From a virus (Duplodnaviria > Caudoviricetes), in the IMG/VR virus record IMGVR_UViG_3300030060_004945, positions 1 to 58,691 of that record: a stretch of DNA of 58,691 nt, one strand, 5' to 3'. Positions 19,157 to 29,231 of the stretch are shown piece after piece. Positions within the stretch are counted from its first letter, which is position 1; each line of letters begins with the position of its first letter. The notes below the pieces were generated by a model. The model worked only from the letters and a program-made list of their open reading frames with translations, was not told where the DNA came from and made no database searches. The position numbers and the translations under genes are program-made.

Positions 19157-20221
19157 ATGTCACTAATAAACTCGGTAAGAAATACAGTTCTGGCTATAGC
19201 CAACAAGAACAACTACGGATATATATCTCCTCAAGACTTTAACCTGTATGCTAAACAAGCTCAGATGGACATGTTTGAGGATTACTTTTATTCGTACAAT
19301 AATTGGATTAATAGAGAGAATAGTCGTACATCAGGTACAGGGTATGCTGATATAATAAAAGGATTAGAAGAGGTTATTGATACTTTTTCTGTTCAAGCTT
19401 TTTTAACACCTTCAAACCCTGTTGTAGGAACGTCTGGATTATCTGGGACTAATGTTTATAATCTTCCATCCGACTATTATTTAATAAATAAGTTATTTAG
19501 ATTTCCTAATCTAAAGACTGTTGGATCAATGATTCCAAATCCTTTAGCTCCAAACACACTAACAGATCCAGCTGCTGATTTTCTTGCATTAGGTATACAG
19601 CCTAATGATATAGTGGTTAGTTTAGATCCGACAGGAATTACCCCATATCCAGAGACTGGATACCCTGGTCTTGAGGGATTGGTTAGAAATTTACAAAACC
19701 CAAGTGTTACCACTTCTCAGCTGGAGATAGATGGACGAATATTTCCTAATCCATTAGGGTTACCTTCATTGAAATATGCTATCTACGGACCTAAAATAGT
19801 TGAGGTAGAAAGAGTAACTCATGCAAAGATTCATAATCTTTTAATGTCTAACTTAACATATCCTAAACCAGGCTATCCGTGTTACGTTTTAGATGGAAAT
19901 CAGGTAACTGTTTATCCTCACTTTTGGGATGGTTTAAACATACCTTTCACTCCTTCTACTACCTACCTTGGTGTAATTGATGTAAAAGCTCAGTATATAA
20001 GATACCCTAAAGCTCCTCAATGGACATTTGTTACACTATCTGGAGGGGAACCTTTATTTAACCAGTCAAACACTTCTTATCAAGACTTTGAACTACCACT
20101 TTCAGACGAACCTGCTTTAGTTGCAAAGATTTGTCAGTACGTTGGTATAGAGATTAGAGAGGCTGAGGTTGTAGAGTTTGGATTAGGGGAAGAGAGGGTT
20201 AACACGCAAGAAACAAGTTAA
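19157..20221 (+). CDS. Head-tail adaptor/tail tubular protein
   Basis: INSVRNTVLAIANKNNYGYISPQDFN...QAQ, QYIRYP and DFELP motifs. Confidence 0.7.
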   Translation: MSLINSVRNTVLAIANKNNYGYISPQDFNLYAKQAQMDMFEDYFYSYNNWINRENSRTSGTGYADIIKGLEEVIDTFSVQAFLTPSNPVVGTSGLSGTNVYNLPSDYYLINKLFRFPNLKTVGSMIPNPLAPNTLTDPAADFLALGIQPNDIVVSLDPTGITPYPETGYPGLEGLVRNLQNPSVTTSQLEIDGRIFPNPLGLPSLKYAIYGPKIVEVERVTHAKIHNLLMSNLTYPKPGYPCYVLDGNQVTVYPHFWDGLNIPFTPSTTYLGVIDVKAQYIRYPKAPQWTFVTLSGGEPLFNQSNTSYQDFELPLSDEPALVAKICQYVGIEIREAEVVEFGLGEERVNTQETS

Positions 20222-20223
20222 TT

Positions 20224-21147
20224 ATGTCATATATAACAGATTATCAATATTACGAAAACAATCAAAACGTACCTACAGATGCGAACTGGGGTTCTTATCA
20301 ATATGTGTCATTAGATGATATTGTTAACAACTTCATGTTGATGTTTCAAGGTAATAATGAACTAATAAATAATATAAATAGGTATCAAGTTTTATTCTTT
20401 GCAAAAAGAGCAATACAAGAGTTAAACTATGATGCAATGAAAGAAATAAAAATTCTTCAACTACAAGTATGCGATCAACTTAGATTTGTTCTTCCTCCTG
20501 ATTATGTAAACTGGGTAAGAATATCGTGTTACAAAGATGGTCTACTTAGACCTTTAACGGAAAACATACAAACAAATTGGAGTGACGCTTACTTACAAGA
20601 TCACAAGTGTAGAGTTTTGTTTGATATATATGGAGATGTATTAAAACCAAATAACTCTAAATTAGATATAGACAGGATAACTAATCAAAAGAAAAGTATT
20701 TACCTGAACGAGGGTAGTCCATACAACGGTGCGATGGGTTATTATTATGATGGGGGTTGGTATTTTGACTACGAGATTGGTGCTCGATTTGGATTAAACA
20801 CAGAGACTGCCAACAGCAACCCGACATTCAGTATTAATAAAAAGGGAGGAGTTATCAATTTCAGTTCTGGAGTATCGGGTGAGTTGGTGGTTTTAGAATA
20901 TGTTTCTGATGGTATGGAGAAAGGAAATGATTCCGATGTTAGTGTAAATAAATTGTTTGAAGAATATATTTATGCTGCTATTAAATACTCTCTGCTAAAC
21001 AATAGAATATCTGCTCAAGAGTATATTATAAACAGAGCGAGAAAAGATAAGTCATCTCTTTTAAGAAATGCGAAACTAAGAATTAGTAATATGCACCCTG
21101 GCAGATTGTTGATGAACTTGAGAGGACAGGCTAAAATAATAAAGTAA
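20224..21147 (+). CDS. Tail ring/structural protein
   Basis: AKRAIQELNYD, LPPDYVNWVRI and LEYVSDG motifs. Confidence 0.7.
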   Translation: MSYITDYQYYENNQNVPTDANWGSYQYVSLDDIVNNFMLMFQGNNELINNINRYQVLFFAKRAIQELNYDAMKEIKILQLQVCDQLRFVLPPDYVNWVRISCYKDGLLRPLTENIQTNWSDAYLQDHKCRVLFDIYGDVLKPNNSKLDIDRITNQKKSIYLNEGSPYNGAMGYYYDGGWYFDYEIGARFGLNTETANSNPTFSINKKGGVINFSSGVSGELVVLEYVSDGMEKGNDSDVSVNKLFEEYIYAAIKYSLLNNRISAQEYIINRARKDKSSLLRNAKLRISNMHPGRLLMNLRGQAKIIK

Positions 21148-21148
21148 T

Positions 21149-24100
21149 ATGCTTATACAAACTAATTTCATCGCTGGTAAAATGAACAAAAGCGTTGATG
21201 AACGCTTAGTTCCTGTTGGAGAATATGTAGACGCTCTCAATGTAAGATTGGGTTCTACAGAGTCTACTGAGATTGGTGCTGTAGAAAATTCAAAAGGAAA
21301 CACAGCTTTAACAACTATACAGCTTCTTAATCAACCTGGAAGTATGGCTAACGCTCGTTGTATTGGAGCTTATGAGGATGGTATAAATGAAACTATATAT
21401 TGGTTTGTACATAACCCTTCTTGTCCGTTTTCACCTTCAGGTAAAGCGGATATGATTTTATCATTTAACACTAACTCCAACTCTTTAACATATCATGTGG
21501 TTAGTCAAGATGATGGAACATCTAACAATACTACTTTAAATTTTAGTGGAACGCATTTAATAACAGGAGTTAATAAGATTAATGATCTCTTGTTTTTTAC
21601 AGATGATCTGAACCCTCCAAGATATATAAACGTAACACGAAACTACGCTTTACCTTCACCTGTTGATGGTTTTGTAGAAGAAGATATATCTGTTATAGTA
21701 AAACCTCCCGGGTTTGAAACAACATCTCCTTTAGATCCTTTACCTGCTCCATTTTTAGAATTGATAAAAGATACTACTGAGTTTTCAAACTACATAGAGG
21801 AAAGATTTTTATGTTTTGCATATAGATATAGATATGAAGATGGGGGATATAGTGCAACATCTTTATTTACTAACCCAGCTTTTGAGCCTCGTGATTTTGC
21901 TTTTAGTTTTGAAACTTTTAAAAATGAAGGTATGTTAAACAAGTTTAACAAGGTTAAGCTTTATTTTAACACGGGATCTAAAAGAGTAAAAGAGGTACAG
22001 CTTTTATACAAAGAAGCTGAAAGTAATACTATATTTATTATAAAAAAATTAAACAAAGCAGACCTTGGAATATCTAACGATGTTGTTGATACTATTACTT
22101 TTATAAATAGTGAGATACTTACAGTGATTGGTTCTGATGAGCTTTTGAGATTATACGATAATGTTCCAAAATTAGCTAAAGCTCAAACTATACAAGGAAA
22201 TAGATTAATGTATGGAAACTATGTTGATCAATATGATGTTACTTTGGTAGAAGGAGGAAGCACTATTCAAATGGATTATTCTGTTGATCCTGAAATAAAT
22301 AATTTTGGTGGTGAGGTTTTACCGGGCCCAACTGGTAGTAGTCAAATTTATAATGTTGATCCAACCTCTGCAACAACAGTTATAGATGCTCGTGTAACAT
22401 TTGATTTATCATCGGTGCCCACCCCTATTGCAGCAGGAACTGTTTTTAGCTTTAGTTTACCAATGCAAAATGTGCAAACCATTCATAATGGTGGACCTGC
22501 TATTGTTAACACTGCTATACCTGATTTTGTAATAAACTTTACTTTTGGTACTCCTACGACTTATGGTACAGTAAATGATATGCTTACTTCCGCTGAGTTT
22601 TCTGCTGCTGTAGGAAATGCTGGTAACGTTCAGGATTTATTACCTTATACCAATCCTGTTCAACCTATATGGTCTCCTGTTGCTAATCAAGGAAACCCAG
22701 CGCAATCGGATTTCACACTAACAGGTACTTTTAATAATGCAATTCCTTTTTACAGAGATATAGCAGCATCACCCTCTACACCTATTTTAGTAAACACAGC
22801 AATAACAAACTCCTGTGGTCCTGTTCCAGGTCCTCCACAGGGTTACAACCCTAACGTAAATGATCCAAACTTTGGGTGTATAGGTCAGAATGAACCTTTT
22901 GGTTTGAACGTAGTGGGTAATTCATTTACACTAACAGCTTTAGCTGCTCAGTATTACTTTGATGATTCTTTATTATTACCTGCTCCAAATACTGGTGTTC
23001 CTACATTAGGACCTCCAGCTACAGTGGTAAGTAATCAGTATGATTATTTTGCATTTAACATAGCGGGTTGTAACGGAGGTTATACTCAGTTTGAATCACA
23101 AGGAAGTTTACATAGTCATAGAGATTATGAGGTAGGTGTGGTTTATATGGATAGTTTTGGTAGATCATCTACTGTATTAACATCTATAACAGATAGCTGT
23201 TTTATACCTGCTTTTGCATCAACTAAGAAAAACACAATAAAAGTTACGCTAAATAATTTAGCTCCTTACTGGGCTGAAAAATACAAGTTTGTAATCAAAC
23301 CAAGTAAGGGTGATTATAACAATATATGGAGTGCGTTAGTTTTTGAGCAAACTGGATGTAACCCTAATGCAACACCCAGTGGGTTTCCAACGGAATGCGG
23401 TCCAGAGCCCTTTATTCCGGAGCCAGGTAGTTTCCTTTTTAAATTAGATGGTGATTCTCAAAATTTAGTTTCAGCTGGAGATACTCTTGTAGTAAAAAGA
23501 GATGCTGCTGGAGCAGTACCTGGATATGCAACCGCAGAAGTATTAGATAAATTTGCTTGTTATTCAGGACAAATAAACGGAGGTAATCCTCCCGGTACAT
23601 ATATAAAATTAAAAGCAAATGGGTGGCAGGCGATTGATCCAAATGCACCACCTAATATAAATCAAACTGTAACCAGGGTAAATGGTAGTGAGGGCAACTG
23701 TAATAATACTGGCGCAACACCTTCAATTACAGTTACAACAGCTGCTACAACTTTAACAGCTGGATCTTCTATAAAAATTAGAGTAAAGACAGAGCGTGGG
23801 GGTGGCGGTGGTAACTGTAATGATAATTTATTAGAGTGGAGTAGTGGATTTGTTACAATACCTCAAAACTACCAAACATTACATCAAGCGCTGCTTGGAT
23901 TGAATTTTGGAAACATGGTAAATATAAATACCGCCTCTCAAGTTGATGACTATGGTGGTATATTGTTTGATCCTGCTTTATATGGACCTGGTGGTAACGG
24001 TCAAAACAACCCTCCAACAAACTGTTTTGTGGGTCAGATTTATGTTTATGATGATGGAGCTTCTAACCAAAGTGTAAGATGGCAGTCAGGAAACCCTCGT

Positions 24101-26221
24101 TGTGATGAAATGATCTTAACGTGGTTAAATAGAAACTGGAGAGAAGATGCTACAAATACATTATCGGTAAATGTTAATTTTTCTTCTGGAGTTTTTTGTT
24201 TTGAAACAGAACCTCAAGTTGCTGATCCTAACTTATTTTTTGATGCTTCAGATTTTATGGATATTGAAACGCATCCTGTTAGTGGTTTTAAATTTCACCA
24301 AGCTAAACAGACTTTTCAACCTACTGGAGGTGGTGGAGCGGGGGGTTATGTATTATCTCCTGGATCACAAAATCAAGCTTTAAATGCAACCGGAACTCAA
24401 CAAGTAACATCTTTAGAAACCGTTTTAGATTTTAGAAATTGTTATGTTTTTGGGAATGGAGTAGAAAGTATGAGAATAGAGGACAGAATAGATGGTAAAT
24501 CCTTTAATCTTGGAAACAGAGTTTTAGCTCCTTCTAATCAAGACTTTGTTGAGGCAGATAGATACGCTTCAATGACTTATAGTGGTGTATATATTGACTC
24601 GGCTAATAGTAACAATCTAAATGAGTTTAATCTTGGATTAGTTAATTATAAAGATTTAGAATCTACTTTTGGTCCTATAATGAAAATGCACTCTCGTGAG
24701 ACAGATATACTTGTGTTACAAGAAGATAGAATATCATATGTTTTATCAGGGAAGAATGTTGTAACTGACTCTACCGGGGGCGGTGCTATCGCTTCAGTTC
24801 CTGAAGTTTTAGGAACACAGATAGCTCGTATAGAAGAATATGGTATAAGTTTTAACCCTGAAAGCTTTGCTCAATGGGGACACCAAACATATTTTACAGA
24901 CACGAAAAGAGGAGCTGTTATTCAATTAAGAGGAGGTACTCGTGGTGAATCAATAACTGTGGTATCTCAACAAGGAATGAGATCTTTCTTTAGAGATCAA
25001 TTTAATGCTCAGCTTACTACTCAAAAATTAGGAGGATACGATCCTTATATGAATGAGTATGTTTTAAGTACAAATAACATAGGGGTTGATGTTCCTGTTA
25101 TAGCTGTTCCTTGTGGTCAGGTAATATCTCAACAAGGCGCTTCAGTAGGAAGCACTTATAATGTTAATGTAGGCACTGGTATAGGAACAGTAAATATACC
25201 ATATATTATTACAGCAGGTCAAGTTAGTATTAGTATTGAGTGGAACGGTGCGGTAGTTGCTTCTACTACTACCTCTACATCAGGATCTCTTTCTTTCACT
25301 AAAACAAGTAATAGTCCAAATATTGTTACAGTAACTGTTACTCCAGTATCAGTTAGTAGTGCTACATATAATATTAATGTAGAATGTCCTGTAGAACCTC
25401 CTTTAAATATAATAAGAGTAGTTGTAAATAGCCCAACATATGCGGGATCTACTTTACATATTGAACACGACTGGCAGGATCCTTTTACAGTTAGTCCGTT
25501 TCAACAAACAAGTATTGTTCTTAATGCTTCAAACCCTACATCTTTTTATGACAACACGCCTGGCTTCCAAGGTTCAGGAGTATTCCCATATAACGGATCT
25601 TCAGTTAGATTAAAAACAAAAAAACTGCCTGGAGATACTTTTGATTTTGATCCAGCTACTAACAACTTTAAAATATTATCAAGTAACACTTTATATCAAA
25701 ATAACACTGCTGATATAAATACTTTATTAGGATTATCTACAAATGTAATACCTGTAAACAGCCCTAACGCTACAACTTTTGAAGCTACAGAAATAGGAAC
25801 TCTTTCTGGAGGAACATTTACAATACCACCTGCTAATCAATTCTTATACTTAGTTTGGGATTTAAGAAATATCTCAAATCAACTACTTTGTTACAGTGCT
25901 ACATCGGCAGCTGACGCTTGTTGTAATTGTAATACTCCATGTAGTAAAGCTGACTTCAGCCCTGTTCAACAGAATATAGGCCAGGTGTGCTTAACAAATA
26001 ACAATGCATTTGGATCAGATTCAAAGTCATTCAATGGAAGCGGTAATATTCCTGTTGTTGGAGATATTGTATTTAATGATCCAAACAACGTTTGTGATCC
26101 ATCTTTTGGCTATCCTTCTGCTGGATATTACATTGTGGATCAAACAACACCAGCACCTAACCCTAAAAACTGGATAGAGATAGGGGCTAACGGATTAGTA
26201 ATTAACTCAGGAACCTGTTAA
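21149..26221 (+). CDS. Tail stabilisation/nozzle protein (P22 gp10-like), N-terminal portion with large inserts
   Basis: GKMNKSVDERLVP.GEY.DALN, LFFTDDLNPPR.IN, FAYRYRYEDG, NRLMYGNY and EYGISFNPESF. Confidence 0.8.
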   Translation: MLIQTNFIAGKMNKSVDERLVPVGEYVDALNVRLGSTESTEIGAVENSKGNTALTTIQLLNQPGSMANARCIGAYEDGINETIYWFVHNPSCPFSPSGKADMILSFNTNSNSLTYHVVSQDDGTSNNTTLNFSGTHLITGVNKINDLLFFTDDLNPPRYINVTRNYALPSPVDGFVEEDISVIVKPPGFETTSPLDPLPAPFLELIKDTTEFSNYIEERFLCFAYRYRYEDGGYSATSLFTNPAFEPRDFAFSFETFKNEGMLNKFNKVKLYFNTGSKRVKEVQLLYKEAESNTIFIIKKLNKADLGISNDVVDTITFINSEILTVIGSDELLRLYDNVPKLAKAQTIQGNRLMYGNYVDQYDVTLVEGGSTIQMDYSVDPEINNFGGEVLPGPTGSSQIYNVDPTSATTVIDARVTFDLSSVPTPIAAGTVFSFSLPMQNVQTIHNGGPAIVNTAIPDFVINFTFGTPTTYGTVNDMLTSAEFSAAVGNAGNVQDLLPYTNPVQPIWSPVANQGNPAQSDFTLTGTFNNAIPFYRDIAASPSTPILVNTAITNSCGPVPGPPQGYNPNVNDPNFGCIGQNEPFGLNVVGNSFTLTALAAQYYFDDSLLLPAPNTGVPTLGPPATVVSNQYDYFAFNIAGCNGGYTQFESQGSLHSHRDYEVGVVYMDSFGRSSTVLTSITDSCFIPAFASTKKNTIKVTLNNLAPYWAEKYKFVIKPSKGDYNNIWSALVFEQTGCNPNATPSGFPTECGPEPFIPEPGSFLFKLDGDSQNLVSAGDTLVVKRDAAGAVPGYATAEVLDKFACYSGQINGGNPPGTYIKLKANGWQAIDPNAPPNINQTVTRVNGSEGNCNNTGATPSITVTTAATTLTAGSSIKIRVKTERGGGGGNCNDNLLEWSSGFVTIPQNYQTLHQALLGLNFGNMVNINTASQVDDYGGILFDPALYGPGGNGQNNPPTNCFVGQIYVYDDGASNQSVRWQSGNPRCDEMILTWLNRNWREDATNTLSVNVNFSSGVFCFETEPQVADPNLFFDASDFMDIETHPVSGFKFHQAKQTFQPTGGGGAGGYVLSPGSQNQALNATGTQQVTSLETVLDFRNCYVFGNGVESMRIEDRIDGKSFNLGNRVLAPSNQDFVEADRYASMTYSGVYIDSANSNNLNEFNLGLVNYKDLESTFGPIMKMHSRETDILVLQEDRISYVLSGKNVVTDSTGGGAIASVPEVLGTQIARIEEYGISFNPESFAQWGHQTYFTDTKRGAVIQLRGGTRGESITVVSQQGMRSFFRDQFNAQLTTQKLGGYDPYMNEYVLSTNNIGVDVPVIAVPCGQVISQQGASVGSTYNVNVGTGIGTVNIPYIITAGQVSISIEWNGAVVASTTTSTSGSLSFTKTSNSPNIVTVTVTPVSVSSATYNINVECPVEPPLNIIRVVVNSPTYAGSTLHIEHDWQDPFTVSPFQQTSIVLNASNPTSFYDNTPGFQGSGVFPYNGSSVRLKTKKLPGDTFDFDPATNNFKILSSNTLYQNNTADINTLLGLSTNVIPVNSPNATTFEATEIGTLSGGTFTIPPANQFLYLVWDLRNISNQLLCYSATSAADACCNCNTPCSKADFSPVQQNIGQVCLTNNNAFGSDSKSFNGSGNIPVVGDIVFNDPNNVCDPSFGYPSAGYYIVDQTTPAPNPKNWIEIGANGLVINSGTC

Positions 26222-26232
26222 AAATTTAATAT

Positions 26233-27249
26233 ATGCCTTTCCCACCTCAACCCTTTTATTTTGATACCATAACATTCCAAACAGCAACGGATGTGTGGTT
26301 AGATGCGGCTTTAACAAGTCCAGCACCAGACGGTTATTATGCTCAATCTGGAATCTATAGAGAAAAATCTGGAGGAGTTTTAGGTCCTGTTCAAAGCTGC
26401 CCTACATGTGGGGTGACTTGTAATACATCGATATCAGCAACTGGTGGTGCAGGAGTGTATTCTGTTTCTTATGATGTTGGAAATAGTGTAGGGGCTGTTG
26501 TTATTCAATTTTCACCAATGAGTATACCTGATAAACTTACATGGACTTATGATGGCACAAGTGCTTCAGAGTATTCTTCTATTCTTAACGGGTATGCTCA
26601 AGGGTTAATAGGTACTGTAGCTGCTGGGTCGACTCTACCAGACCCTATAACTAACGCTAACGGTAGTAATGGAGCTACTTATTCTGGGTTAAACTATACT
26701 TATGATAATTCAACTGGTACTTTTATTTCTTCAACTCCTACAACTATAGGCCCTTATACAAATGCTTTAGCTGGGGGAGTAACTCTTGACCCTACTAATC
26801 AAGGTTATCATCCTATCACCTTCTTGGTCCCAAACCCGGCTGTTATGGTTGTTCCTAAAATAAATTCTGCGGTAACAACTGTAGATATGGTAATAGAAGG
26901 ACCAGGCGCTGCTACCCAATGGGATTTGGTAGCATATTGTCCAAGAGCACTTAATCGCTTTGATGCTAATGTTGCTGGTGGTTCGTGTAGCGGAACTTTT
27001 CCTGGGGGAAATGATATTTATACCTGCTCGGTAGATCCTTTTACAAATGGAACATCTAATTTAACAACTGGAAATGTGGTTAATTATTTAACGGTGGGAG
27101 ACTGGGTATTCTCGGATCAAAATGGGGTTAATCAGAAACCTGCGGGGATATACCCTGTTAATGAACCAAGTAGTGGTTTGATAAAATGTGTTACAGTAAG
27201 CGGTAATGGAGTAATAACAAATATAACAACCTGTGCAGGTAGTTGTTAA
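26233..27249 (+). CDS. Cys-containing tail appendage protein
   Basis: T/G/N-rich; ends resemble the C-terminal module of the preceding gene. Confidence 0.6.
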   Translation: MPFPPQPFYFDTITFQTATDVWLDAALTSPAPDGYYAQSGIYREKSGGVLGPVQSCPTCGVTCNTSISATGGAGVYSVSYDVGNSVGAVVIQFSPMSIPDKLTWTYDGTSASEYSSILNGYAQGLIGTVAAGSTLPDPITNANGSNGATYSGLNYTYDNSTGTFISSTPTTIGPYTNALAGGVTLDPTNQGYHPITFLVPNPAVMVVPKINSAVTTVDMVIEGPGAATQWDLVAYCPRALNRFDANVAGGSCSGTFPGGNDIYTCSVDPFTNGTSNLTTGNVVNYLTVGDWVFSDQNGVNQKPAGIYPVNEPSSGLIKCVTVSGNGVITNITTCAGSC

Positions 27250-27260
27250 AATAATATAAT

Positions 27261-28049
27261 ATGGCACAAGCAAGAACATTAACATACGCAGAAGACGTCC
27301 AAGGGTGGCCTTCTTTTTACTCATACTTAGCAGATTATATGATAGGTATGAATGGTTTTTTTTATACTTGGAGCGGAGGAAATTTATACAGACATAATAC
27401 CAATAATACCAGAAACAACTATTATGGTGTTCAATACAACTCTACAATTACTGGGGTTCTTAATATAGAACCAAAAACCATTAAGTTATTTAAGACAATG
27501 TCGTATGAAAGCGATGATGCTTGGGCGTGTACTAACTTGTTTACTGATCTTGGAGATGGCTCCATGTTATCCACATATTTTCAACAAAAAGAAGGAGAGT
27601 GGTTTACTTTCTTAAGAGAAAACTCCACAACAAGAGATTACAAAGACAGAAATGTAAATGGTATTGGAGAAGCATCAAATGTTACAGGCCCTGCCAATGC
27701 TGTGGTAATTACATTCCCTGCAAGTGTTCCTGTAGGAACTATTATTAGTGCTGGTGATTATATTTATTTTGGTACAGCACCTACATATGTCGGTCAAATA
27801 GATCCGTTAGTAGGGGTTGTTGATTTTGTAAATAACAGTATAACTGTGGACACTACAGTGCCAGAACCAGCTACAGGTAACGCTGGTACAGCTCCTAACA
27901 TAGGTGATTTTATATTTTATTTTAAAGATGTAGTAGCAGAATCACATGGAGCAAGAGGTTACTTTATGCAGTTTACACTTCAAAACACAAACACTCAAGC
28001 GGTTGAGTTATTTGCAGTTGGTAGCAGTGTAATGAAAAGTTTTCCATAG
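27261..28049 (+). CDS. Probable C-terminal part of the stabilisation protein, encoded separately
   Basis: TLTY.E..QGWPSFYSY, RNNYYG, KEGEWF, RGYFM and ELFAVGS motifs. Confidence 0.65.
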   Translation: MAQARTLTYAEDVQGWPSFYSYLADYMIGMNGFFYTWSGGNLYRHNTNNTRNNYYGVQYNSTITGVLNIEPKTIKLFKTMSYESDDAWACTNLFTDLGDGSMLSTYFQQKEGEWFTFLRENSTTRDYKDRNVNGIGEASNVTGPANAVVITFPASVPVGTIISAGDYIYFGTAPTYVGQIDPLVGVVDFVNNSITVDTTVPEPATGNAGTAPNIGDFIFYFKDVVAESHGARGYFMQFTLQNTNTQAVELFAVGSSVMKSFP

Positions 28050-28056
28050 ATTTTAT

Positions 28057-28064
28057 TATCTTTG
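28057..28064 (+). promoter_or_regulatory. -7 promoter element TATCTTTG
   Basis: Intergenic TAnnTTTG. Confidence 0.6.
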
Positions 28065-28069
28065 CATAA

Positions 28070-28480
28070 ATGAAATTTACTATAGAACCATTACAAGAGG
28101 GGGATTACGAGAATATCTTGTGTAAGTGGTGGAAAGATTGGAGATGGACACCACCCTCAAAAGAATTTTTACCAGACAATGGTTTGGGTGGTTTTATGGT
28201 ATATGATGACGGAGTCCCTGTTTGTGCAGGTTTTATGTATAGAACAAACTCAAAAGCTGTTTGGTGTGATTGGATCATATCAAACATTGAATATAAAAAC
28301 AGAAAGGGTAGAAAGATAGCTATCGAGTTATTAATCAATACGATAGAAAGGTTAGCTAAAGATTTGGATAACAAGTTTATATATGCTTTAATTAAAAACA
28401 AACCTTTAATTAACACGTATGTAAAATTAGGCTACACAGAAGCTTCTTCTTATTCAACTGAAATGATAAAAAAGATTTAA
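28070..28480 (+). CDS. GNAT-like acetyltransferase
   Basis: PVCAGFMY, WCDWIISN..Y...GRK..IELL and YVKLGY; typical position before ejection genes. Confidence 0.6.
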   Translation: MKFTIEPLQEGDYENILCKWWKDWRWTPPSKEFLPDNGLGGFMVYDDGVPVCAGFMYRTNSKAVWCDWIISNIEYKNRKGRKIAIELLINTIERLAKDLDNKFIYALIKNKPLINTYVKLGYTEASSYSTEMIKKI

Positions 28481-28481
28481 T

Positions 28482-29225
28482 ATGGCGGTAACAACAGCAG
28501 CAGTAGTAGGTATAGCAGCGGGTGCTGGATCAGCAATACAAGGTTTTGTCTCAGCATCAAAGAATAAAAACGCTATGAAGAAGGCGGAACAAGAGGCTGA
28601 AAGAATGATGGCTTCTGCACGTAAAAGAGCAGAGGTTGATGAGTATGCAGCTTTAGATATTCCAATGGATGCTTACAATCAAAAGTATGAAGCTAATTTA
28701 GCAGCAGACAGACAGGCGGTAGACGCTCTGATGGAGGGTGACGCAAGGTCATTAGCTGCTGGTGTAGGAAAGATAGGCGCTCAACAAGCAGCTGAAGCTG
28801 AGGAAACTCGAATAGCTCAAGCTGACGAGATGTTTAATCTTGACAAAATGAAAGCTGACTCCCGTGAACAAATAAAACAACAGCTAATTTCTATGGATGT
28901 TGGTGAGGCTAAAATGCAAGACCAAAAAGCAAGAGAGGCTGCTGAGGCAAGAGCTCAAGATATAAAACAAGGCTTCGCTGGTATAGGTCAAGTTGCTACA
29001 GGCATTGGAGAAATGGCTCCATTATATGGTCAGTCAATGAATGATAAGCGTGCTTCTGCTATGATGAGCGATCCAAACTTTAAGAAAGGAATACAAGCAC
29101 AATATCCAGGTAAATCAGATGCGGAATTGTTTGATATAATTTCAGGAACTGAGATATCAGGAAAGCAGTTTAGAGGTGGTAAGAGAAGTAACTTCCAAGA
29201 TTTTGATTATAGTATATTCAACTAA
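28482..29225 (+). CDS. Putative internal virion/ejection protein
   Basis: Hydrophobic G/A N-terminus, then A/Q-rich helices. Confidence 0.6.
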   Translation: MAVTTAAVVGIAAGAGSAIQGFVSASKNKNAMKKAEQEAERMMASARKRAEVDEYAALDIPMDAYNQKYEANLAADRQAVDALMEGDARSLAAGVGKIGAQQAAEAEETRIAQADEMFNLDKMKADSREQIKQQLISMDVGEAKMQDQKAREAAEARAQDIKQGFAGIGQVATGIGEMAPLYGQSMNDKRASAMMSDPNFKKGIQAQYPGKSDAELFDIISGTEISGKQFRGGKRSNFQDFDYSIFN

Positions 29226-29231
29226 TAGAAC

